Part shown: in pieces, positions 49,981 to 58,783 of the stretch | Layout: each line of letters opens with the position of its first letter | Numbering within the stretch: position 1 is the first letter of the stretch | Assembly: GCA_002269645.1 (NCBI GenBank) | Contig: NIVC01000084.1 | Coordinates: 620,001-684,000 of the forward strand | DNA: 64,000 nt | DNA from: Macrostomum lignano | Lineage: Eukaryota | Direction: 5' to 3' | Translations under genes and position numbers: made by a program | The notes under the pieces: model-generated | What the model was told of the DNA's origin: nothing | Database searches by the model: none | The model's input: the letters and a program-made list of their open reading frames with translations, nothing else

Positions 49981-50904
49981 TGTAGCGAAGAACCTGTCTT
50001 CGCGGACTACATTAAGATGAATAGCGAGAAGCGCTCTATGGCGAAAAATGATTTCGAGAAGGATTTCTATAAACTGAAAAATAACTCCCTGTTTGGCAAA
50101 ACAATGGAGAACGTGCGCAAGCGGCGGGACATCAGAGTGTGCAGTGACAAGAAAAAAGCCAAGACTGTTTCTTCTCAACCAAATGTCGCATCATTCACAA
50201 TCATTACGCCGTCACTCAGCATCTTTGAGCTTCAAAAGCGCGAAGTAACTCTTGATCGGCCAATTTTCATGGGGCAGTGTGTTCTAGATCGCTCCAAGAT
50301 CATCATGTATCGACTTTACTATGACAAAATAAAACCCATGCTAGAATTCCGTGATGGAGCAAGAGTTCGAGTTTGCGGTGGCGATACAGACTCGTTGTTT
50401 TTGAGCTTAGAGAACCTTAGTTTGCAGAGAGAAGTGCTGCCAATCCTGCATGCCGAAGGCCTCTTGGACACCTCCAATTTTCTCACTAATCATCCTCCTT
50501 TCTCGAATCGGCTAAAGGCCAAGCTAGGCTGCATTAAAGATGAAGCTGGTGGACTGCAACAGATTGAGTGGGTGCTGCTAAGGCCCAAGCTCTATTCTTT
50601 CCTCGCTGAAAGCTCGGCGGCATGCAAAGCAAAAGCAAAAGGCATCCAACGAAGCGTGCTGAAGAATGAAGTCTCCCACGACGACTACGTCAAGATTTTC
50701 AAGGGGGCTTCAAAGCTGTCGCTCACTGTTCGTCGAATTGGAAGTGAGAAACATCGCGTTTTCACCATTGAGCAACGTAAGCTCGCTCTCAGTATCTGGG
50801 AGGACAAGCGAGCGTGGACTGGCTCGAATTCAAGTCTTCCGTTCGGCCACTTTCAGCTGTTAATCAGGGGTAGTCCGAAAAGGACAGCGGACTGCTTAGA
50901 GTGA
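49981..50904 (+). pseudogene. C-terminal fragment of protein-primed family B DNA polymerase (pPolB)
   Basis: EEPVFADYIKMN, motif B KLKNNSLFGKT, motif C GGDTDS, LGCIKDE, LRPKLYSF, KAKGI, DKRAW. In-frame stops immediately upstream (49975-49980); no motif A or exonuclease domain found in the element. Confidence 0.9.
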
Positions 50905-51620
50905 TGCTTTGCACATCTGTGTAACCTTGGCGTTGAAATTTATTGACTTTTACTTATGTACTCCATGAATTGTTTCAGTGGTTTAATTAATCTGAATGAT
51001 GATGATGATGATAATGATGGATGATGATGATAATGACAATGCTGGAACGAATAGAGCCAATTCAGTTAGTTACATATTTGTAGTCTCTAAGCAACTAACT
51101 GAGCGTAACATTTTCGAGTTGAGTTGTTCCAGATTTATTTCAATACGAACTTGTGAAAGCCATGTTGGAATAATTTGCGGCATATTGGTCTGGCTTTCCC
51201 TTTTTAATTATCCTTGAATTTTTGCACAATTGAATGAACTGAGTTACTGTCCTTTTTTATCTTTGCTAGCTTTGCTACTCATATTTTTTGTAACCATTAT
51301 CCAATGATTATCTGAAAAATATTGGCTTCCTTTTTCATTTCTGCTAGTTCTTGTTCGTTTTTATTTGTCTTAGCAGTGCATAATCTGAGTGATGGGTGTG
51401 CTTTTTTTCTTGAGTTGGTTGTGGTCTGATTAAATTTTCTATACTCAAACTAATATTGCGATTTCAGTTAATAAAATAAAGAAAAAGTCGATCGAAGTCT
51501 GATTTTCAGGTATATTGATTAAAATGCACGCATCTTAATACGTGGTATATGCATGCAAGATTATTATATTTTTGTTCAGCTGTCGTCTTTTTATTTAATT
51601 GTTGAAACATATGGTTATTA

Positions 51621-52184
51621 TTAGCACAGAAAACGGACAAGCAAGGAAAAGTCGGAAATTAGCATGCTCATTGTTTTTGCACCACTGAGAACGAATGAGC
51701 CATTGTGAAAAAGCAGGCATTTGCAGAAGCTTAGTTTGCAGATCAAAGCAGAAAATGACTCTGGCTCATATTGAGCACTTGGTAAAGTGTTCACAAGATT
51801 AGCGAGGGGAAGTGCTCTGCACAAGTCAATTTTCCCATGCGCAGTAAAAGTTTTAATCCGCACATGCACAGTTTGATGAGGCAGCAGTTGAGCAGGCACT
51901 CTGCGATGCAGCATAGCCACGAAGCGACGAGCGGCCCTGACTGAGGCCGAGTAGCTCCGGGCGCCACAGATACTCAGTTGTCCAGTCGGATAGAGCAATA
52001 GAGTCACTCTGGGACTCCGCATCCTCTTGATAAGCACTCGGGGCCAGACGGGGCGATAGATGACATGAGCCATGCTGAGAGCCAGTTCCCGCAGAGGCAA
52101 CTGGGCACCCCTGTCTCCAGCAAGTCTCAGATCCACGCCGCCGACCAGATTGGTCACTCGCAGGGCTGTCGCAGGTGTACTCAT
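51621..52184 (-). CDS. Divergent TATA-box-binding protein (TBP)-like protein, 187 aa, Maverick-encoded
   Basis: Both TBP repeats align by eye. [10 protein letters not shown]~[45 protein letters not shown]~[45 protein letters not shown]~[24 protein letters not shown]~LIFVSGKVVLTGAK. Confidence 0.88.
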   Translation of the reverse strand: [187 protein letters not shown]

Positions 52185-52698
52185 TTAGAGAGTCCTTTCT
52201 GTCAGTGGTGCTGTCTTTGCGAGCTTTTGAGTGGTGCGGGCACACCTCGCTTCTTAAGTTGATACAGAACTTCGGTTTCAGCCAGTTGTAGTACAGTAAT
52301 ACATTTTTCACTGCACAACCAGTATCAGATGCTTGAATCAAAGGTGATCCCAGATCCTCTAGGTTGTACACCTGTCTGCCAAGCAGCTCAGTCAGAAAGA
52401 TGGACTTTTTCACCCCGCTTGTCCAGGTGGGACCGTAAGCAATGTTTAGAATGTCATTAGCCAAATGCATGTACGGTCGGGATCCATCTGTCCACTTGAA
52501 ATGATGCAAATTCTTTGAGAGCTTTCTGTAATGTACTTGCATCTCAGGTGAGATTCTGTCCCATGAGAACGGAGAGGCGTACACGTGATGAGTGATATGG
52601 TAACTGCCAGCCCGGACTTGGGCAATGGCCAGCTCCTTCACAACGAAATCTCTGCTCGATCTCTCGCGTGGGAAGCCTTGGAAGTCAATATAGTTCAT
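51853..52698 (-). CDS. Maverick-associated DEDD/DnaQ-exonuclease-like protein; C-terminal tail overlaps the TBP-like ORF
   Basis: IDFQGF...FVVKELAI, SPFSW, HHFKWTDG, VYNLEDLG, CAVKNV pattern, recalled from Maverick accessory genes; fold assignment is inference. Confidence 0.55.
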   Translation of the reverse strand: MNYIDFQGFPRERSSRDFVVKELAIAQVRAGSYHITHHVYASPFSWDRISPEMQVHYRKLSKNLHHFKWTDGSRPYMHLANDILNIAYGPTWTSGVKKSIFLTELLGRQVYNLEDLGSPLIQASDTGCAVKNVLLYYNWLKPKFCINLRSEVCPHHSKARKDSTTDRKDSLNEYTCDSPASDQSGRRRGSETCWRQGCPVASAGTGSQHGSCHLSPRLAPSAYQEDAESQSDSIALSDWTTEYLWRPELLGLSQGRSSLRGYAASQSACSTAASSNCACAD

Positions 52699-52710
52699 GA
52701 TCGGATGGTT

Positions 52711-53433
52711 TCAAGACGCAAGATGTCGGGAAGCCGACTCAGTTCCCCTTCTTAAATAGTTTTTTTTCCTGCTCAGGTGTAGCCAGGCTCTCCCACTCCC
52801 GAATCCCTTAACTGTATGATGTGCAGGGGTGGTCTCTGGAGAAACAGCCGGTTTAGAAATTAGCTGCCTTACTGACTTTCCTATAGCCGAAGCTGGGATG
52901 TTAAGCTTTTTGTCTTGAAGCAATGAGACAAACTCACTCCAGCCTACCGGCTCGCTGGCACATTTCGAATCCCTCACCGCACTGTGAAACAAATCCAGGA
53001 TGTTTGAGGAGGGTATTGTCTTCCCAGAAATTTGCGCCTCGCCATTTTCGGACACCTGAATCAGAGAGGGATTGCCAGATAGGATGGCCCATAGACTGCG
53101 GGCTCTCGCTTTAAACTTCTGCGGCACGGATTGGGTGATCTTTTCCCCCCAGCTGCTTGGTGCAATATCTGTTTTCAGCATCTTTGCATCACTCGCAGGT
53201 ACCGCACCATCCTTTCCAGTCCGCTTGCGCTTGACCAGCAAACTCTTCATCGCATCATGGTACATGGCAGCTTTCACATCGTCTGGGCAATCCTCGGCAA
53301 GCAAAATATCATTGCATTTCCTCTGCGCATATCTCACAGCAGTGTCCATTTCAGACTCGACTGGCTTCAAATTCTGTGTGAGCATGTCGTACTCTGACTT
53401 GGGGATCAGAACCATTTCTGAGAACTTATTCAT
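52711..53433 (-). CDS. Conserved Maverick hypothetical protein, 240 aa
   Basis: MVLIP...KAAMY and GEAQISGKTIPSSNILDL...PVGWSEF...NIPASAIG pattern typical of a Maverick gene next to the ATPase; 8-nt overlap with the ATPase stop. Confidence 0.65.
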   Translation of the reverse strand: MNKFSEMVLIPKSEYDMLTQNLKPVESEMDTAVRYAQRKCNDILLAEDCPDDVKAAMYHDAMKSLLVKRKRTGKDGAVPASDAKMLKTDIAPSSWGEKITQSVPQKFKARARSLWAILSGNPSLIQVSENGEAQISGKTIPSSNILDLFHSAVRDSKCASEPVGWSEFVSLLQDKKLNIPASAIGKSVRQLISKPAVSPETTPAHHTVKGFGSGRAWLHLSRKKNYLRRGTESASRHLAS

Positions 53434-54442
53434 TTTGCTTCTTTTTCTTCACTAGCTTTATTAGAATGTAGAGAATTTTGATAAAACCCGTATTTAGCAG
53501 ATCCGCAGCTCTTCTATGTGTAGAAATTTTGCGGATTATTTGCTTTTGCTTCACCAGCGCTGCCTTTTGAGTGAGTGAGAACGACAGAGTGTTTTGCAAT
53601 AGGTTGTAGCAGGCCTCAATGAGAAATTCACGTACGGCTTTTGGACCCGCTCTGATCAACAGACGTTTAAAGCTGATGGAATATTTCGGTGACGCGAGAA
53701 CATCAAACAAACTTTCATGTGAGTCAAAGGTTTCCATTATCATTTGTGTTGCAGAATATAGAACAAATGGCAAATCTCGGCTGTTATTCTTAAGTGTAAA
53801 CAGGTGGGGTCGCTGATTGGGCAGGATTCGAGCCCGGACCCGCAGCTCATCAGGGGTGGAAGGGTGAAAATCCAGGAGCAGGTAGGCTCCCCTGCCGTGC
53901 GATGTCACGTGCTTGAACACTGACAGCAGAAATCCGGGCTTCTCAGCAAAGCACTGCCTGCCCAGCGCTGCAATCTGCAGCTGGTCTCTGGGGTTCTTCA
54001 TGATCACAAAGTACATCGCATTCAGACTCATTGTTCGCAACTCCTTCCCTTTAAAAAATACATTTTGGGTCAGCATAACCAGAAAGCAGGGCAAATGATG
54101 GGCAATTCCAGTGAAAACATTTCGCATTGCAGCAGAATTGGAAGTTTCTTCAATCAGGTCATCAAATACAACCAGGTCATTGGGTCTCAGTGCGGTCTCG
54201 ATACTGCTGGGAAATCCCTGCTGCAGGTGCACGCCGAGACTGCTGAGCTCAGAGTGTGCTGCTTGTGAAATCCCGTAGTACCACAGAACTCTCCCAGGCT
54301 TCACATCAAACAGGACATCCTTGTATTGTATCAGATGTTTCACGAAGGTTGTCTTTCCTGCATTTGTAGGCCCGCTGACAATCATGCAGCTTCCCTGTCG
54401 CAGGCGCACATCATAACAGTTTATCCGCTCACGTGTTTCCAT
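53426..54442 (-). CDS. A32/FtsK-like DNA packaging ATPase with ~110-aa basic C-terminal extension
   Basis: Walker A GPTNAGKT; Walker B LVVFDD; MLTQNVF; SLNAMYFVIMKNPRD; YLLLDFHP. Confidence 0.93.
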   Translation of the reverse strand: METRERINCYDVRLRQGSCMIVSGPTNAGKTTFVKHLIQYKDVLFDVKPGRVLWYYGISQAAHSELSSLGVHLQQGFPSSIETALRPNDLVVFDDLIEETSNSAAMRNVFTGIAHHLPCFLVMLTQNVFFKGKELRTMSLNAMYFVIMKNPRDQLQIAALGRQCFAEKPGFLLSVFKHVTSHGRGAYLLLDFHPSTPDELRVRARILPNQRPHLFTLKNNSRDLPFVLYSATQMIMETFDSHESLFDVLASPKYSISFKRLLIRAGPKAVREFLIEACYNLLQNTLSFSLTQKAALVKQKQIIRKISTHRRAADLLNTGFIKILYILIKLVKKKKQNE

Positions 54443-54475
54443 CGCCTGTTGAGCTAAATCCCTAATTTTGAAAGT

Positions 54476-54994
54476 CTAATTAAATTTCTTTTTTCTTAAG
54501 CAACTCTCAAACCTTTGCAGCATTCTCTCATTCAAGTGGCTCTGCTGATTTGCATGGAGGTGCCGCAGAACCCACTCAAACGAGCGCTTGAAACGAAACT
54601 TTTGATAGGCAAACAAGAGACAGAACAAACCGCATTTAGCAGAGTCACAGCTCTGAATTCGATTCACATTGCTACGTAAGTAGAATGGAGAATACCAAAA
54701 GGATTTCAGTGCTCTGTGAATGATCTCTAAAGTGCTGGAGTCCCAGCCCAGAGAGTTAAAGAGTTCTATGGAATTCTCCTTATCAGCATAACAAACCACC
54801 CAGTGACCGAAGGATGAGCTGTACTGAAGCAGAAAGAAAATAAACTTACATCGAGATAAATTTCTTTTGAGAGTTGCTCGCTGAATAAAGTTTAAAGCAT
54901 AAGATGTTTTATTTATTGAATTCAAGACAATAATTAAACAGTTATTTTGTGGCAAAAAGCTTTTAGCCAGTTTAAGCAGTTGAAAAGCATCCAT
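54476..54994 (-). CDS. Adenain-like cysteine maturation protease
   Basis: GHWVV (His), ELFNSLG, IQS (oxyanion Gln), KCGLFC (Cys); located between MCP and ATPase. Confidence 0.85.
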   Translation of the reverse strand: MDAFQLLKLAKSFLPQNNCLIIVLNSINKTSYALNFIQRATLKRNLSRCKFIFFLLQYSSSFGHWVVCYADKENSIELFNSLGWDSSTLEIIHRALKSFWYSPFYLRSNVNRIQSCDSAKCGLFCLLFAYQKFRFKRSFEWVLRHLHANQQSHLNERMLQRFESCLRKKKFN

Positions 54995-55017
54995 ATTAGC
55001 GTTGCGCCAGCGTACTC

Positions 55018-56301
55018 CTAGGATGGAAAATCTAACAGAATCTCCCTGTGCTTGGTGACCTCAATCAGTGAGTCATACAGGCACATAACAATCAGAGATA
55101 CAGGCTCCTCCAGGGCCTGTCGGAAGCGAATCTCCAGCCGCAAATTGCCCTCCTTCTGTCCGTACCACAGGGCCGCTCCCTCAGGCGTGAGATCGAATGC
55201 GAAAGCTGTGTTGCCGTTGGAGAACAACTGGTAGGGGACCCACGGAACCGAGTTGCTAGGGCTGGCTGACTGACAGCTTTTCAGGTAGTGCAAGTACTCT
55301 CTCACGAATGAATTATTCTCAGGTGCAAATGCAGCGTGGCACATGGCTTCACCACCTTTCTTTAGTGCTAGCTGGCTGAGGTTGAAGCTCTGGAACTCGA
55401 AAGGGCTGGAATGGTGATGGCCATTGAAGGCTCGGTGGTTCACGAAGACCAGCATAACGAACTTCGGCAGTTTGCCATGGGTGAATCCTTCAATGTTTTT
55501 TGACTGAATTCCCTGGGGTAGAATAAAGTTTTGCATTTCGGTTCGCTCGATGGGGTAGAGTGCGTTCTGATTGGTCAGTCCCTGTTCATGCGCCAGGCTG
55601 ATGTGAGGCGCCACTTTGACTCGGCGCAGGTTCAGAATGCAGTGGGAGATTTCCATTCGGTAGGCTGTGTTGTTATCATCTGGGGTTCGAATGGCGAATG
55701 CAGCATCACTGGGCATCAGCTTGATGTGCAGGTGTAAATTGTTCAGCAGCAGAACAGGACACTGGAAGATGTCGCTGAGCAGCGGTCCCGCATACTCCAC
55801 CCAGCGGGACTCCCTGTGTCTCTCGGCATGCCCCTCAGCAGCAGTTTCGGGTTCCAGGAATCCGGCGGGGTAGAACTTTAACTGCTGAGCATCGGATGAG
55901 CCCATGAGAGCTTTTAGGTAGGCATGGTAGGGGTAGAGCTGGTCTCCACCTGATACAATGCGCTGGTTGATGCTCACGATTACATCTGAGAATGCCGTAG
56001 ACAGGACAAAGTTTTCTGGGTGCACCCCACTGTCTCTGCGCTCAGTGACAACTCCATCGGCATTTCGAACCTCCTCCCTCATCAAAGCCCCGCCAAGCCG
56101 GACTAGGCGACAGCGAATATACAGGAATGAGCTCAGCAGATCAGTGTACTCATCAGCCGATGGATGACAGTCGAATTCAATAGGTGAGTTAGTAGCAATA
56201 GAGTTCACGGGGTGAATATCAACATATGTGGATTTTTCAATGGCAGTCTGCAGCATGGGGGACTTGAACAAATCGAGTCTCGGGTTGAATCCGTAAGCCA
56301 T
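55018..56301 (-). CDS. Double jelly-roll major capsid protein, 427 aa
   Basis: LDLFKSPMLQTAIE, SPIEF, LLSSFLYIRCRL, LSTAFSDVIVSINQ, YPYHAYLKALM, GKLPKFVML, SPFEFQSFNL, FAFDLTP, GNLRLEIRF typical of Polinton MCP. Confidence 0.92.
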   Translation of the reverse strand: MAYGFNPRLDLFKSPMLQTAIEKSTYVDIHPVNSIATNSPIEFDCHPSADEYTDLLSSFLYIRCRLVRLGGALMREEVRNADGVVTERRDSGVHPENFVLSTAFSDVIVSINQRIVSGGDQLYPYHAYLKALMGSSDAQQLKFYPAGFLEPETAAEGHAERHRESRWVEYAGPLLSDIFQCPVLLLNNLHLHIKLMPSDAAFAIRTPDDNNTAYRMEISHCILNLRRVKVAPHISLAHEQGLTNQNALYPIERTEMQNFILPQGIQSKNIEGFTHGKLPKFVMLVFVNHRAFNGHHHSSPFEFQSFNLSQLALKKGGEAMCHAAFAPENNSFVREYLHYLKSCQSASPSNSVPWVPYQLFSNGNTAFAFDLTPEGAALWYGQKEGNLRLEIRFRQALEEPVSLIVMCLYDSLIEVTKHREILLDFPS

Positions 56302-56303
56302 TG

Positions 56304-56714
56304 CTATGAGAGCGAGTCCAGAACACGTTTCACAGTCTTTTTGCTCACTTTTTGCTTTCCTTTGCCTGTTTTCTTGCTTTGAGTTTTAGACCTCCCTTTC
56401 TTAGGTTTATTTCGCCCTGACTGGCTTCTTTTCGGTGATTTCTCCGTCTTACTCTTTTTCTTCTTTTTTGTCTGCTTCTTACTGCCCTGTTTGACTAGTC
56501 GCTGCTTTGGTCTGTTTCTATTGCTTCTGCTGTTGCTGCTGCTACCGCTGGCGGTGGTATGGGCTGGCTTTGATAGCGATATTGACTTTGTGGAAGCTTC
56601 TGGAGGAGGCTGGTAAGTCATGATTCCTGGAAAACTCCCACAGCCATAGAGCGCCGGCTTTTGGCTTCCTGCCAGAGTCCCTGAATACTGACGAATCAGC
56701 TGTTGGTAGTTCAT
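56304..56714 (-). CDS. Basic Lys/Arg/Ser-rich putative virion core protein, 136 aa
   Basis: Strongly basic C-terminal half; LYGC-G fits the adenain cleavage consensus; ATGA overlap with the minor capsid stop. Confidence 0.6.
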   Translation of the reverse strand: MNYQQLIRQYSGTLAGSQKPALYGCGSFPGIMTYQPPPEASTKSISLSKPAHTTASGSSSNSRSNRNRPKQRLVKQGSKKQTKKKKKSKTEKSPKRSQSGRNKPKKGRSKTQSKKTGKGKQKVSKKTVKRVLDSLS

Positions 56715-57538
56715 TGTATTAGCCTTTCCCGAATATGAACTGTGAGCAGAACAGGGCTGCTGCTCCGAGCAGTCAGTGAGTAGCCAAAGATGTCACGCAG
56801 TTGAAATCTAATGCCATGTAGAAAATTAGCTTTCTGAATCGGGAAGAAAATTGCTTTCTTAAACACTTTGCTCATGTAGCTGCCCCATTCGACATCGGAT
56901 GACATGCTCACAGTTCGCAGCACGGAGTTCCAGTTACAGTTTGTTCGCTCCACAATGCTGCAGTGCAAGTTGATCAGGTTGGTGGGCGGACAACCGATGC
57001 AGCAGAGTGACACTTGCCGTCCGGGTGGGATCTTCACAGGCTGGTTTCCGAATCCCAGCCACTGCAGAATTTTACTTGATGGAAGGAACAATTCTGCTCG
57101 AGCCGTGTTGTTGAGCACTACTGTTCTCAACTCTTGGATTTCAAACTTTATGCCAATATCTCTAGCGCTGCTCCGCCCCATTAAACCGGACTCATCAGCT
57201 TCCATTTCAGACTCCCTTTCGCTCATTGCATCGAAGAACAGTGACTCAGAGTTGGCCAGCAGCTCATTCAGGCGTTCCACCAGTTCCTCCACTCTAGCAA
57301 AGCGTCCGGGTTGAAGAACCAGGGCCTCATGCTCTCTTCCATCTGAGACAGTGAAGCAGTAAGGCTCGTCAACATTGAACCATGCAGCAGGCAGATGGAT
57401 TTCAGCCAGACCTGCCTCATAGTCCACATTTCGATCCAAGTAAATAGATGAAGGCAGGTGAAAATGAAAGTCACTAGGAGTACCTTCAGCATTTTCGCTA
57501 CAAATGATGATGCTTCTCATAGTTGGGAATGGCTGCAC
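56711..57538 (-). CDS. Single jelly-roll minor capsid (penton) protein
   Basis: N-terminal S..N..TPSDFHFHLP..IYLD...YEAGLAEIHLP; C-terminal INLHCSIVE...VLRTV...IFFPI...IRFQLRDIFG. Likely ATG start at ~57520. Confidence 0.85.
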   Translation of the reverse strand: MQPFPTMRSIIICSENAEGTPSDFHFHLPSSIYLDRNVDYEAGLAEIHLPAAWFNVDEPYCFTVSDGREHEALVLQPGRFARVEELVERLNELLANSESLFFDAMSERESEMEADESGLMGRSSARDIGIKFEIQELRTVVLNNTARAELFLPSSKILQWLGFGNQPVKIPPGRQVSLCCIGCPPTNLINLHCSIVERTNCNWNSVLRTVSMSSDVEWGSYMSKVFKKAIFFPIQKANFLHGIRFQLRDIFGYSLTARSSSPVLLTVHIRERLIQ

Positions 57539-57550
57539 AATGTCGGTATC

Positions 57551-58630
57551 TTACACTTTTCTTAAGTCCTTCTCATCCACCCAGTCAGTGGACTTGTAGC
57601 CGGCCCACTTGACGAGATATCGGATCTTACCCTTCCGCTTCTCAGTCTTCAGAACCTTCTCGATTACATACAGCCGCTGCGAGTCCGGAACAGCTTGCAG
57701 CTCATGCTCGTGGAAGAGGCCTCTTATGTCTTCCCCCTTCATGTCTCGAATCCTGTACATGTAGGGATAATGCTTTGGTGCCCTAGACACTATGGTGTAC
57801 ACCTCTTCGCTCCAGTTCGCCTTGTATCCCTTCCTGAAGAGTCTGGGTGCATTGGAAATCCGCACTGATTGGTTTTCACAGAACTTCGGTTTTCTCAGTT
57901 TCTCAACTGTCTCAATCGCTTTCCCATCATAAAGGTTCATCCACACTTCAGTCTCGTTTGCTTTGCTGACATTCATTGGTGTAGTCTTGATGCTTCTGTG
58001 GAAAGTATTGTTATAGGACTTGACCAGTTTAGGCAGCACATCAAGCCATTGTAGAGTGCTGTTGTGAGTAAAGTAACGCCACATCTTGCTTTTTAAAGTT
58101 CGATTCCATCTTTCAATTATGGCTGCTTTGTGCACACTGCTAGTTGGAAACGCCAGAATCCCCCGGTCTATGCAGAACTGGCGAAAAATTGCGTTGACAA
58201 ACTCCTTTCCCTGATCTGTGCGGACAGTGCGCGGCTGCCGCTTTGAGCTCTTCAGCATGCTCTCAAACGCAGATTTCACTTCTGCCGCGCTCTTAGACTT
58301 CAGTGCTCTGGCCATTGCAAATTTAGACAAAACATCAATGCAGGTGAGAATGTATTTATGCCCGCGATTATACTTTGCAAATGGAATCATTTCCACCAGA
58401 TCCATCTCCCACTGATCATCAATGGCTCTCACTATTATTGGCGCCCTTGGAAATCGTACTCTAGCTGGCTTATGCAGAGTGTGTACTGGCTGCTGACTTA
58501 GCCACTGCTCAATGCTCTTGACTCCAATATGCTCGCCTCTTTTTCGCAGTTCAGGTTGCAGTTTTGAAGAACTGCAATAGCTCGCAGGCTGATTTGGGTT
58601 GAAATAAATTTTTTCCATTTTCGGAAACAA
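57551..58630 (-). CDS. Retroviral-like (RVE, DDE) integrase with C-terminal chromodomain, 359 aa
   Basis: DQWEMDL (D), LTCIDVLSKF, RTDQGKEF (D), IIERWNRTLK (E); chromodomain YVIEKVL...RYLVKWAGY. Confidence 0.96.
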   Translation of the reverse strand: MFPKMEKIYFNPNQPASYCSSSKLQPELRKRGEHIGVKSIEQWLSQQPVHTLHKPARVRFPRAPIIVRAIDDQWEMDLVEMIPFAKYNRGHKYILTCIDVLSKFAMARALKSKSAAEVKSAFESMLKSSKRQPRTVRTDQGKEFVNAIFRQFCIDRGILAFPTSSVHKAAIIERWNRTLKSKMWRYFTHNSTLQWLDVLPKLVKSYNNTFHRSIKTTPMNVSKANETEVWMNLYDGKAIETVEKLRKPKFCENQSVRISNAPRLFRKGYKANWSEEVYTIVSRAPKHYPYMYRIRDMKGEDIRGLFHEHELQAVPDSQRLYVIEKVLKTEKRKGKIRYLVKWAGYKSTDWVDEKDLRKV

Positions 58631-58783
58631 AGAAACATTTTTTTTTAGGTTTTCTTAAGACATTGAAAATGCATAGCGCATGTGAAAGCAAGCATATATT
58701 TTTTTTCAAACAAAGAGATGGAAAGCAGGTCTGGATAAATAGCTCGTAGCACAGAGTTTGTCTCAATGTCAGAGGGTCTGCAA

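Noticed and set aside
52183-52187. TAAATG poxvirus-like late promoter at the TBP-like start
   Set aside because: Single occurrence; not seen at the starts of the other Maverick genes
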